Source of the DNA: Proteromonas lacertae
Taxonomy: Eukaryota
DNA: 64,000 nucleotides
Assembly (NCBI GenBank): GCA_002245135.1
Contig: NGBS01000875.1
Location: forward strand, 124,001-188,000
Direction of reading: 5' to 3'
The translations under genes were made by a program, and so were the position numbers. How positions within the stretch are numbered: position 1 is the stretch's first letter; every line of letters starts with the position of its first letter. Shown piece by piece: positions 26,997 through 39,137 of the stretch. Below the pieces are notes generated by a model that saw only the letters and a program-made list of their open reading frames with translations, searched no databases and was not told where the DNA came from.

Positions 26997-29614
26997 TTAT
27001 TCAGGTTGTGGATCAATAATCACATTCAATTTGGGTTCTTCTGTAGTAGATTCATTAACTGTTGGTAATTCTTGTTGTTGTGGTGGTTGTTGCTGTTGTG
27101 GAAGTTGTTGTTGTTGGTCTTCAACTCCTAAATTTCCAATATTTAAATTAATCTTACTAGCTGAAGGTAGATTAATAGAATTATTAGAATGATGAATAGC
27201 AGGATTCTCTACAAACTGATCTTCATTATCTTCATTGTAATAACACCATAATGAAATATTACCATCTTTACATCCAAATAACACAGAATTCTTAACGCAT
27301 AAACATGTATCTACACTGTCTGATAAATTAAACTGTGCTAGTGGTGTAAATGGTGAAGATGCATTCCATTGTACTGCAACATGATCATGAGAACCAGAGA
27401 ATAGATATTTACCATCTAATGACACTTCTAATGATAAAACATTACTTTTATGATATTCCATTACTCCTAATTGATGTAATTGATAATTCCACACTTTAAT
27501 AACATTATCCCAACCTCCACTGTATAAGAAACCGGAATTTTCACCTTTTCCCCATGTTAATGCACTTACTACACCAGTGTGAGCTTCTTTATTTCTTTCT
27601 AATGTATGGTAATTTGTTCCATTCATTTTGTAAGTTACTATTTGATGATCTGTTGCTCCTGATGCTAAATAAGTAACTCCATTGACTTTTTCTGATAATG
27701 CGATTGAGGTAACATGTCCATTATGGCTTTCAATACTCTATATAATAACATAATATATAATCAATATATACATTTTCACATTCTAATATTGGAATATCAC
27801 ATTGTTTTCTATTATAAGAAGGAGGAATAATATTTTTCACTTTCCATAATTTAATAGAATAATCTTCAGAACATGATACAATAATACCATCACTACTATC
27901 AGGAGATGTTTTAATATCACATATCTTATTAGTATGACCTCTTAATACACATAATTCAAACATATATGGTTTAATAGGGAAATGATTAACATTGGCATCA
28001 TTAATCATTTGCATATACAATTGTGGATTAATTGAATATAATTTAATATTATAATCATTACCACCAGCAGCTATTATATCATTTCTATCTGGTAATAATA
28101 AACATCCACAACCAAATATAGAACTACCATAATTGAAGTATTGTTCTCTTCTTCCTGTTGGAATATCATAAACAAATAGATTATTATCACTACTAGCTGT
28201 TAATAAATGATTTCCATCTGGTAATAATGACATATCATTAATAGCCAATGAATGACCTGCAAATTCTTGTATAATTCTTGGGTTTTGTAAGCCAGTTGAA
28301 TAATCCCACAATCTCAATTGAGTACTAGTTGATGTAGTTGCAAATACATGATGTACTTGGTTTAGATCCATATCGTATATACCATCATCATGTGCTAATA
28401 CTTTACTAATTAATTCATCATTGGATTTACCATTCTCTGATTCTATATCCATTGTTCCTTCTAACAGATTCTCTAATGTCAACTCAGTTAACTATTTTAT
28501 ATTAAATATTTCATATTTATACTAAGGATGCTTCAGATTTAATAACTCCTGTTTTATATAATCGAATATAATCATCTCTACAACTAGTCAAGAAATATTG
28601 TTCATTGGAAATTAAGAATATATTCTTTACATCACCATGATGCAATCCTCTAATTAAAATATAATTATATATAATTATATAAATATACTGTTGTCCTTTT
28701 GAATGATCTCCCAATTCTCTCACCAATGAAGCATCTGCTACATTCCATAACTTCATTGTATTATCTCTAGCACCACTTAATAAGGATGAACCATCTTTAG
28801 TGAATAATAAACTACATACTTCACCTCTATGACCATCTAATGAACTTTTTAAAACACTTCTTGATCCTTTTTCATCATCAGCTGATTTAGGATTCTTTAA
28901 TTTGGATATATCCCATATTTTGATGATTGAGTCCATACCAGCAGATGCTAATAAATTACCCTAATAAATAATTAAATAAAATAATTATAATATATATATA
29001 TATACTTCTTCATAAAATGTAAGTGCAAAAATACTGGATTTATGTGCATTTAATGTTTCTTTTAAAGGATATTTTTCATTAGTACTATCCCAAAACTTCA
29101 TTACTCCATCTCTGGAAGATGATATTAATGTAGTTCCTTCATATACCCAACTAACACAATTCACTTCTTCTTCATGAGCAAGTTTCCCTACAGTTTTTGA
29201 GTTAATTACTAACTTTATTTCACCTTCATTTACATCTACAATGTATACACCATCTCCCGATGCTACTGCTAAGAGATTGTCATTCTTTGGGTGAAATGCA
29301 AGACAATAAACGTGTTTTTCTGGTCCATTTATTAATTTTGCATAATAATAAAGTCCATCATCATGTCTCTTCAGGATAAATATTGAATGACTACCTGCAA
29401 CGTAAGCAAGCCTATAAGAGATTAGTCCTTTTTAATATACCATGTACCAGAACATGAAAATTTAACTGGACTTTCTTTTTGGATCCCAAAAAATTGAGTG
29501 CTCTAAATCAAAAGAATGAATATTACAGTAGATATATACTGATTTAGCTAATCTTGGTGGAACGGTGATGTTATTCTCAGAAGACTATTAAATATATTTA
29601 TGAATCCTTACCAT
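26997..29614 (-). CDS. Multi-WD40-repeat protein of unknown function
   Basis: Many GH...WD/WN repeats across ORFs 28517-28936, 27730-28482, 26997-27626 and upstream exons. The first coding exon is ATG alone, followed by intron 29585-29611. Confidence 0.8.
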
Positions 29615-29774
29615 TCTTGTGAAAGTTGTTTTATTTTTATTATTTTATCGAAACAATTTTTGTAAACCCCCAAATAAATGTTTGATCATCAAGCCAAGAT
29701 TTGAGGTTTGTTTTTATCCAATCAAATCTGTTTCAGTTATTTTCTTAAGATCTTTCTAAACATCTTTTTCATTC

Positions 29775-30648
29775 ATGCCTCGTAAAATTTGGATTGGTGG
29801 TAATTGGAAATGCGTATTTATATTTTATGAATTTATATACAAGACAATATCCTAATATTTTATAGAACGGAACAATTTCTTCATTAACTGATTTATGCAA
29901 AGCATTTAACGATGCCGGTGCTATTCCAGCTGATGTACGTATGGATTTTTTGCCTTTATTTTGCATATAGAAGTTGTAATTGCTCCAACTGACTTACATG
30001 TTCATTTAGTACAAGGTTTATTAAGAAAAGATATTCAATTATCTGTACAAAATGTTTGGAAAGAAAATGTATGAAAAGATTTTTATAATTATTGAATAGA
30101 AACAAGGTGCTTTCACTGGTGAAATCACAGCTCCATTAGTTAAAGATATGGGAATTCCAAATGTTATCTTAGGTCACTCAGAAAGAAGACACACCGTAGC
30201 TGCAGAAAGCAACGAATTAATTGCTGAAAAGACTGTAACCTGTTTAGCCAATGGATTAACTGTCATTTTATGTGTAGGTGAAATGTTAGAAGAAAGAGAA
30301 GCCAACAAAACCTTCAGTGTTATTGATGCTCAAATTGAAGCTGTTGTAAAGGCTGTAAAACCAGAAGATTGGAAAAACATTGTTATTGCTTATGAACCAG
30401 TATGGGCTATTGGTACAGGAAAGACTGCATCACCAGAACAAGCTCAAGAAGTTCATGCTCATATCAGAGAATATATGAAAGCTCATGTCAATGCTACAGT
30501 AGCTGACGAAGTACAAATTGTGTATGGTGGATCAGTCAACACTGGAAACTGTGATAACCTTATTGCTAAACCAGATATTGATGGATTTTTAGTTGGAGGT
30601 GCTTCATTAAAACCAGATTTCTTCAAGATCATTAACTGTAAACATTAG
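29775..30648 (+). CDS. TPI: Triosephosphate isomerase (stand-alone, no presequence)
   Basis: [54 protein letters not shown]; three short introns. Confidence 0.97.
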
Positions 30649-30708
30649 GGTGAGTAATATTAATAGTAATATATATGTTTTGTTGAGTTGGGAGTTTTGA
30701 AATAAAAA

Positions 30709-32665
30709 ATGTCAATTTCGCGCCATTCCTTCTTTAAACTTCTATCACAAGTAAATTTTATCATATTGTAAATATTTCATAGACTACTTTGGATGGTGGA
30801 TTTGTTAAAGATAGAAAATTGGGTATAAAACCGAATCACTCACCATCAAAGTCTACATCATCAAGAAAAGCAAATATAAGTCATTCAAAGTCAATGAGTA
30901 GAAGTATATCACCTGTAAAAGAGAAACCAAGGCGTAGTACAAGATTAAGAAAAGTAAAGTATGAAGAGGTAGATAGTGATAGTAATAGTGAAGAAGAAGA
31001 AAAAAACGAGGAAGAAAACGATTCAGATGAAGCATATATTAATTCAGATGAGGAATTACCCTCTCAATCAAAGAAAAACAGCAAAAGTATAATTAAAACA
31101 AGTAAACAAGATGATTCTGAAAGTGAAGAAAAAGAATTAGAACCATTATCCTCCAGTGAAGATGATGATGATAAAAATGAAGATAATAATAGTAAAGACA
31201 ATCTCTTAATGAGGAAGAGAGAAGAGAATCTCAAACGAAAAGCAGAATTACTCCAACACTTGGGAATCAATACAATAATTGAACCAATCAAGAAAAAACC
31301 TAAAAAGAAAAGAGAAAAAAAGATAACTAATGTTTATAATGATATAATTATTCCTGATAGAGTATTAAGATCACAAGTTCCGCATATAAATAATAATAAT
31401 ATAAATCAGCAATCAACAGAAGTAATAATAAAAGAAAAAGAAAAAGTAATTGAAGAAGATGATATAAGTGATTATATATATGATAGTAACATTAAACAGT
31501 ATATTTGTAGTGAAGAAAATGGCGAAGAAAATAAAAGTGATGAAGATAATAATCAACCAATCAATTTATTTAAATATTCAGGTAAATCTTATACTAATTG
31601 TTTTCCATCTAAAGTCTATTCAATTTGTAAAAATAATAAAGTGTTTTGTTGTGGTGGTCAAAATGGAGGTGTGTCAATATATAGTGATGACGATTGTATA
31701 TTAATATTATTATTGAAATAGATGATAACTCATTATACGATTTTAAAGCACATAGTGGATGGATTTCTGAAATTAGAATATTACCACAATATGTATATAT
31801 ATATTTTTTTAATTATTTTTTATTTTATTTAGAAGCATATTATGTTAACAACATCAAATGATAGTCATCTCAAATTATGGGATTTAAATAAATCAAACCA
31901 GGAACAAATCAAACCATTAACTGTATTTGATACATCATCTATTCATAATGGTGGAATATTTGGAGTTGATATTGTATAAATATAATAATAATTGTTTTAT
32001 TTATTTATATATATTTATTAATATATATATAGTTGGATAATAGGCTTCTTACTGCTTCAAAGGATTCAACTGTCTGTTTATCAACAATCACATCGTCATC
32101 AATTGATTGCAATAATACATATAACACCATTCATGATTCAGTAGTAAAAAGTGTAAAGTTTCAAAATGAAAATGTATTTGCATGTGCTGGAAATGACATG
32201 GAAGTGAAAATTGTTGATATGAGAATTAATGATAATGATAAATGTGTTGTTGATACAATCAGTGATTTTTGTAACTATTGTATTAATTCTATACAATGGA
32301 ATCCTTCAGATAGTAATGTTTTGATGTGTGCTAGCTTTGATCCGAAAATATATCTCTTCGACATTCGAAATACAAAGAAAAGTTGTGTTATTTTAGAGAA
32401 ACACTGTTCTCCAAAGACTACTAGAACTAGTATTTATACACCATAGTATTTTTGTTCATATTTATTACCTAGTTTTTGTGATAATGGTAATTCTATTATA
32501 ACATATGGGCATGGATGGAATTTTTTAACATTATTTGATTCAAAGACAGGAATGATTAAGAGTAGAGGTGAATTAGATTTCACTCCTAATTATATGAACT
32601 ATTACAAGAATCTGTTGTATCTATCTCATGGTAAATGTATATCAATTTTCAAGCCTCAAAAGTAA
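30709..32665 (+). CDS. WD40 protein with acidic/basic disordered N-terminus (WDR76/CMR1-like architecture)
   Basis: ATG 30709, intron 30751-30782. RKREENLKRKAELLQHLGI helix followed by WD repeats (AHSGWIS, LKLWD, LLTASKDS, IYLFDIR). Confidence 0.65.
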
Positions 32666-32794
32666 TAACATAATTTCGTTATATATGTATGTTTTTGTTG
32701 TTTTTAGAAGAAGAAAAGAATAATCTAAGCTTGATATTGGTTCGATTTTAAAAATTTTAAATTTACATAGGATTAAAGATATATAGATGTGAAA

Positions 32795-34072
32795 ATGGAT
32801 AAAAGTACGAATAAATGTATTTCAGCATCTACTACTAATAAATATATCGCTGTCAGTCAGTCAATAAAACAAAATGTAGGAATTATACCTCCTTCTGTTT
32901 CACATATAACTGTTACGCCATATGCAACGAATGGACCATATTACCTACCGCAATATACGCAATATAGTGAAGGTGAATGTCCATTTCCTTCGATACCTTT
33001 CACTGTTCCTCTACCACCACCCACATTTCCTCAAAATTACCCTATTAATCCCATCAAACCACCTAAGAATGAAATACCAAGGTCACATTTAGAAACACCA
33101 AATAATTTTTATAAAGGAGTTATTCCAATCAATAGTAAATATGTAGAAGATTATTTAAAAATGCCAATTGACGATTTCTTTTATATTGCATTCTCAGATC
33201 TAACAGAAATACTATTACCTCAAGCAGATAAAAATATATTAACTGAAAAAATGATAAAAGAATTTAATAACAACCTAGAAATAACAAATACATATCTCAA
33301 AATGGTATCGAAAATCGTAAAATGTTGTGGTTTTACTATTGATACTAATGGTGATAAAGTTATACATTCGAAATATTATAAAGAAAATCAATCAATTGAA
33401 TATTGGGCAAATATTAAGAATGTTTTATACCAAGCTAAAAGAAGTATAATTGCAATATTTGGAAATGATACAAATTATGAAATTGCTATTAGTAATTATA
33501 TCAAATCAGTTGAATCTAATATTAAAGCACTTAATGGAGTATTTGATGATGATAATAGTAAAAATATAAAGGAGAATAATAAAAATGAGACAAAACATAA
33601 AAAGAAGAATAAGAATAGAAAGGAAGAAATAAATAAAACTGTTGATAAGAATAATAGTAAATATGAATTATTTAAATCAAAATATGAAGAATATGCCAAA
33701 ATAAAGAGTGAAGAAAAACCAGATTATTTATTTGATAATATTTTGGATTTATGTCCTACACTAGAAGAAAAAGAGAAAGAACAATTTGTAGAAGATGAAG
33801 AGTGTATTTCTAATTTGAAGAAGGTGATTATAGATGGTATGAAATATGTTGGAATTAGTTTTAATTTTGAAGAAGGTATTACAACAACAATGAAAAATTT
33901 TCAAAATCAATTTAAAAAAGTGCGTGTAAGTATTTATATGAAGATGCAAAAGTGTATTGAAAGTGTGTTTGATGAAAAAACTGTTCAATTATTGAGTGAT
34001 ACATTTTTATCTCGTATAGCTAACAGGTTTAGTTTAAGCAAGGAAGTTATGAAAATACTTAATGATAAATAA
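32795..34072 (+). CDS. Hypothetical protein, Pro-rich N-terminus
   Basis: Uninterrupted ORF of about 425 aa in very AT-rich DNA, with an upstream GCTTGA motif; no recognised domain. Confidence 0.65.
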   Translation: MDKSTNKCISASTTNKYIAVSQSIKQNVGIIPPSVSHITVTPYATNGPYYLPQYTQYSEGECPFPSIPFTVPLPPPTFPQNYPINPIKPPKNEIPRSHLETPNNFYKGVIPINSKYVEDYLKMPIDDFFYIAFSDLTEILLPQADKNILTEKMIKEFNNNLEITNTYLKMVSKIVKCCGFTIDTNGDKVIHSKYYKENQSIEYWANIKNVLYQAKRSIIAIFGNDTNYEIAISNYIKSVESNIKALNGVFDDDNSKNIKENNKNETKHKKKNKNRKEEINKTVDKNNSKYELFKSKYEEYAKIKSEEKPDYLFDNILDLCPTLEEKEKEQFVEDEECISNLKKVIIDGMKYVGISFNFEEGITTTMKNFQNQFKKVRVSIYMKMQKCIESVFDEKTVQLLSDTFLSRIANRFSLSKEVMKILNDK

Positions 34073-34260
34073 TATTTATATTGAACATATGTTTCTATTT
34101 TAAGTAATACATGTAATACAAAAATACTCTGTATTTTCATTTGAGTTTTGGTATTGCATTTTTTGAGAGTAATTAAATGTACATTATGATTCTAATTTTT
34201 GAAATCTATATTATATAATACTCTTTTGCTAAAATATATATTGATTTTATAATTGCATAG

Positions 34261-34933
34261 ATGACAACCGCAATCGATCCAACTGCTAAACTTCCATGTT
34301 CTTGGAAATTATATTATGGACAAACACATAATAGTAACGGTGTCTGGAGTGAAGATGTCTTACCAGTAAAAGAATTTGACACAATCAAAGATTTTTGGGA
34401 AATTATAAACAATATTCAAGAACCAGACAGTCTTCCATTTGATACAGCATATTATCTATTTAAAGTATATAATCACATTAATATTTTCACAATTTTTATA
34501 GTCTGGAATTGAACCAAGATGGGAAGATGAACATAATGCATCAGGTGGTCAATGGAGATACACAGTATCAGAAGATAATTCAAATACAATTTGGTACAAA
34601 ACAGTATTTCTTTCTAATTAATTATTTCATTAGATGATATCACTAATAAGTGGTCAGCTGGATGTAACAGATGGTGAAGTGTGTGGATGTGTATTTCAAA
34701 GAAAGAAGAAAGGAAATCGTACAGGTGTATGGACAAAATCAAAAGATGATATAACCATTCAAGGAGCTATAGGTCATCTACTATACACATCAGTATGGAA
34801 GTGTGAATCTAAACAAATTATTGAATATGCCGCACATAAAGTAGCAGAAGTAACAGAAGGATCAAGAAGACAAAATATAATGTATCAATATCCAATATCA
34901 AAACAACCCAAAGCTGTAAAAGCAAGTGCTTAA
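34261..34933 (+). CDS. eIF4E: Cap-binding translation initiation factor eIF4E family
   Basis: LPCSWKLYY, FDTIKDFW, YYLFK|SGIEPRWEDEHNASGGQW, VCGCV, RTGVWTK; two short introns. Confidence 0.9.
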
Positions 34934-35039
34934 GATAATATATTATTATTATTATTTCATTCTAATACTAAAATCTTCCCAATTAAAAAAACAAAAATGA
35001 ATTTAAAAAATAAAGCCAATTTTCTTTAATATCTCCCTT

Positions 35040-36690
35040 TTAAACAACAGTGTATATATTAACACCATCATGAACTGTATGATAAACATGATCATTCATC
35101 TTATCACCTAATGCTTTCACTCTTTTCATTGTTTCTTTCTCATTTTCTACTAAGCATGGAGTTTGAATTTCTAATTTACCTAAACATTCTAATCCTTCAC
35201 CACAGTAAGATACAAACGGAGATATTTCACATAAACCATCACCTTTTACATCACTTACACCTGCTTCTTTTAACCATCTCTTATGGTTATTACTGAAGAT
35301 CATTCTTGCTGAATCAGGTGAATCGACTGGATTGCCTGGTGGATTCTTGACTGGTGAAAATTCTTGTGATCTATCTACCTCATATGATGCTAATCTCTTT
35401 ACAGCTGGGAATACATCGAATATAAAAGATTCTAATTTAATTCCGTTGGGTTTTTCTGGTTTCACGGTTTCTCCTGTTTCTTTATCAGCATAAGGAATTT
35501 TCTTATTGGCAAGATGGTATACACGTGGTAAATTGTCTGGATGACAAGTTGTATTTAAAAATTCAACTGAATAGCCTAAATTACAAATAAAACCTGTATT
35601 TAAATATAAACTACCATCAGCATTTCTCTTCTTAGCAATTTCTGGATTTAATTCACAATATTCAACAATATTGAATTTATTGTCTTTCTTACATAATACA
35701 CCAACAGCTTCTTCTGGACAGGACTTAGGACAGCATTTACTACCAACTTCTGCATTCTGTTCAATCATATATCCTATAAAGATAGGATCCACAACCTTCA
35801 CTACAGCATTATCAACACCAAAGGTGTGTACATATTTAATACCTCTCTTTAACATATCAGCAATAATACCTTGAGAATGCATTGCCATATAAATACCTCC
35901 ATTTCCATCTGGTCCAGCAGATATAGTTGTCTTGTTGGATAATATGATCTTTCCTTCTGGTGTTAAACAGGGTAATGTTCCTTGTTCGAAGAATTTGATA
36001 TTACTTTTCTCAATGTTGAAGTAATTCTCTTTTTCAAAGTTTATATTATAAATTAAAGAATTTCAAATAACAAAATTATTCTAAAAATGATATATTCTCT
36101 TGTATCTTTATCTGTCATTGGAGATGTCATAATATACCAAGGAATTACAACATCGGTTGGTTTTTTACCAGCATGCTTTGCAGCTAATTCTTGTAATTTT
36201 ATTAAACGTTCAGCTTGTAATTGGAATAATGTCTTTGCAGAAGGTAATCCGATATTATACTCTCCTTTTGGTAAATTAAAACCTAATCTTGTACCTTGAC
36301 CACCTGCTAATAAGATAGCAGCAATTTGGTTGTTGGCAATAGCATCTAAACCGATTTTGGTTAATTTATCAGCTTCAGCTTTGTTATTCTGGACATTCAA
36401 TACTTCTTCAACAGCTACTAAATCACCAGCAGCAGACTTAACTTCTTCAGTTGCTTTAATTGTTGCTTCGTAGATTGAGTTTAATCTTGGATAGTCAATT
36501 TTTTTCAACTACAGTATGATAATAGCATAATCAATACTTGATTAATAAAATCGGGTATATCTTTCTGTTCTACCTTTCCTGCATCTAAGAATTCTAAAAT
36601 GTGACTTTGACCACACTTGTTGATGGTATCTCGTAAATCAGCTGGTACACTAGATAATAAAACATACAGCTAGATATACGTATTGCTCAT
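35040..36690 (-). CDS. UAP1: UDP-N-acetylglucosamine pyrophosphorylase
   Basis: LLAGGQGTRLG..PKG, IPWYIMTS, FFEQG, PDGNGG, GVDN, NGIKLESFIFDVF, EFSPVKN. Confidence 0.93.
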
Positions 36691-36798
36691 TTAGAATGTT
36701 CTTAAAGAAAAAGATTGTGTTTGGCTTGTAATTTTTTGGATTAATTTTCATTTTAACGAAAATTTACAAACACACATTTACAAAAAACAGAAAAAAAC

Positions 36799-37300
36799 TT
36801 AGTGATGTAAACTGCTTCTTACTCTATTGAAATTGGACATTGTTATCACCTACATATATATATTAATAGATAAAATATAATACATTTCCTCCATTCTTTA
36901 TACAATCAACACCTGCAAGTCTACAATAGTTAACAATTTCAGCACCTGAACATCCTTCAGTATTAATGGCTAATTGAGCTATATCAATTGATTCATCACA
37001 TTTCATTTTCTTTATTGTATCTTCCAGTATATCATATCTCACTTCCCTATCAGGTAATGGGATTTCAATGATTCTATCAAATCGACCAGGTCTTAATAAC
37101 ACAGGATCTATGAAATCAACACAATTTGTTGCTCCTATGATAATTATTGAATTATTATTATCATATTCCAACTCTGACATTTCTAATAGCATTTGTGAGA
37201 TTAACTGTCGAGTTAAACTGCCAGAATCTTCATCCTTTTTACCAAATACAGCTTGAAATTCATCAAAAAATAAAATACAAGGTCTATTGATAGGAAATAG

Positions 37301-37337
<37 letters not shown>

Positions 37338-39083
37338 TGACATCTTTTTGCAGTTTGAAATATTTCATGAAGAATCTTCTCACTTTCACCAACATATTGA
37401 CTCATTATATCACTAATAGATATTGGTAGAAAATGATAATTGGTATAATTGGCTAATCCTTTAGCTAGTAATGTTTTGCCTGTTCCAGGTTTACCATAAA
37501 ACAAAATACCTCTAGGTGGAGACATAGAAAATAACTATTTCAATAATATATATATTTATAGATTAATACATTTTTATATTTTTGAGGCCAAATTATCATT
37601 TCTATTAATTTCAATTTCGCTTCTTCTAATCCTTTTATTGAATCCCAACTGATTTCAGGTATTTCTATCTTCCATTTTATACCACCAGTTATCAAGCATA
37701 TTGGAGTATAATTGTTTAAACATTTCGTCAATGTTTTCATTGAAATAACATTCGATGGATAACTTTCTAAATATGCTTTCTTTAATAAACTAATTATATC
37801 ACATGATGTAAAAGAATAAGATTGTTTTGCTATTTCAATAAGATTCACATCTTCACTAAATTCATAATGTGGAGAAAATTCATTATCTCTTAAGCTTTCA
37901 TACATTCTTATTCTTTCTTCTTCAGATAGTAATGGAACTGTTATTGTTTCATCAAAAATATTTTCTATATTATTCTCACTTTTGTAATTCAATGCCATAA
38001 CGAAAATTAATTTTATAGTTTTAACTCCACTCTTTTGAAATTTCTTTATTAATTCAATTAATAATAATATATACTATTTATTATTTATTATAAATATTAT
38101 ATATTATACTCTTTCTTCTTCTATACATTCAAATTTATCAAATATTAATATACATCTATCCATTTCTATTACTCTATTATAATAATTATTAAAACAACAT
38201 TTTATATCATTTTTATAAACATTTTCCATTATAAATGGATTTAAATAAAGGAAATATATCCCATTTTCTATACAATATCTGGAAATTTCATTACTTGTAC
38301 AATTTCCTAAATAGTCTTTTAGCAATATACTTTTACATATATCATCACTTAATCTTTTACATATATTATTCATTATTTCATATATTACACTACAAAATAT
38401 ATTATTATTACTTAATGATGGACTTATTGGATTTTGATTTGGAATTATTATGATTTTCGTATTGGATGATATAATTACATATTTAGAATATAATTTTATT
38501 AAATATTTCGGTATAGATTTAGGAAGTGTAGTTATTGGCATTTCTGGTAATATACATCTCATTTTATATTGGATTCCTTCTATTGAATGTATTTTTATTA
38601 CTTTATTATTACATAAAGGAATATTCTTTAACTCATTTCTTATTATTCCTATCATACTGTTACTCAATAATATTTCATCATTCGATTCTAACGATTCTAA
38701 CTCAACTTGTAATGGTGATTGAAAATAATGCAAATACACTGGTAAGATACAACAACGACGAAAATGTTCGAAATTATGATTTTCGATACAACTCAGAGAG
38801 ATATTCAATCCTACATAGTTCTTTTTATTATTAGATTTTACCTAGAACAGTAACAAATAGCTACAAATACAATGTTACTAACAATAAACATATTATCATC
38901 AATTTCTTTTTCTATAACATCACAACATTCTTCTTCTTTTTCATTAACACATAATAACACACAAATATTCTCTCTCTTCAGATTCACTTGCTTTATGTAT
39001 TCATCACTCATCTCTAACTCATATTGATCACATCTATATTCCTTCTGTATTATTTTTATGTTTATCACATTGCTTATATTCAT
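36799..39083 (-). CDS. CDC48/AFG2-family AAA+ ATPase with degenerate D1 and intact D2
   Basis: D2 has ISWDSIKGL, GKPGTGKT, YVGESEK, FFDEF, GATN, LLRPGRFDR. D1 Walker A is eroded (KDYLGNCT) and Walker B reads IFDKF. Confidence 0.8.
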
Positions 39084-39137
39084 TCTTTCATCAAATGTGT
39101 CAATATTAACATGTCATAAGTAAATGACATATTCAAA

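Noticed and set aside
29775..30648. Stramenopile mitochondrial TPI-GAPDH fusion
   Set aside because: TPI ends with TAG at 30648, has no presequence, and the next gene is a WD40 protein.
37305..37337. (TA)n tracts (also about 17675, 28990, 52340, 60221, 63090)
   Set aside because: Intronic microsatellites, mostly extending from the GTATAT donor; no evidence of a separate function.
36799..39083. PEX1/PEX6 assignment for the AAA ATPase
   Set aside because: A degenerate D1 fits, but the D2 flanks (LKLIEMIIWP, RFDRIIEIPLPD) look more AFG2/CDC48-like; it cannot be resolved without a phylogeny.
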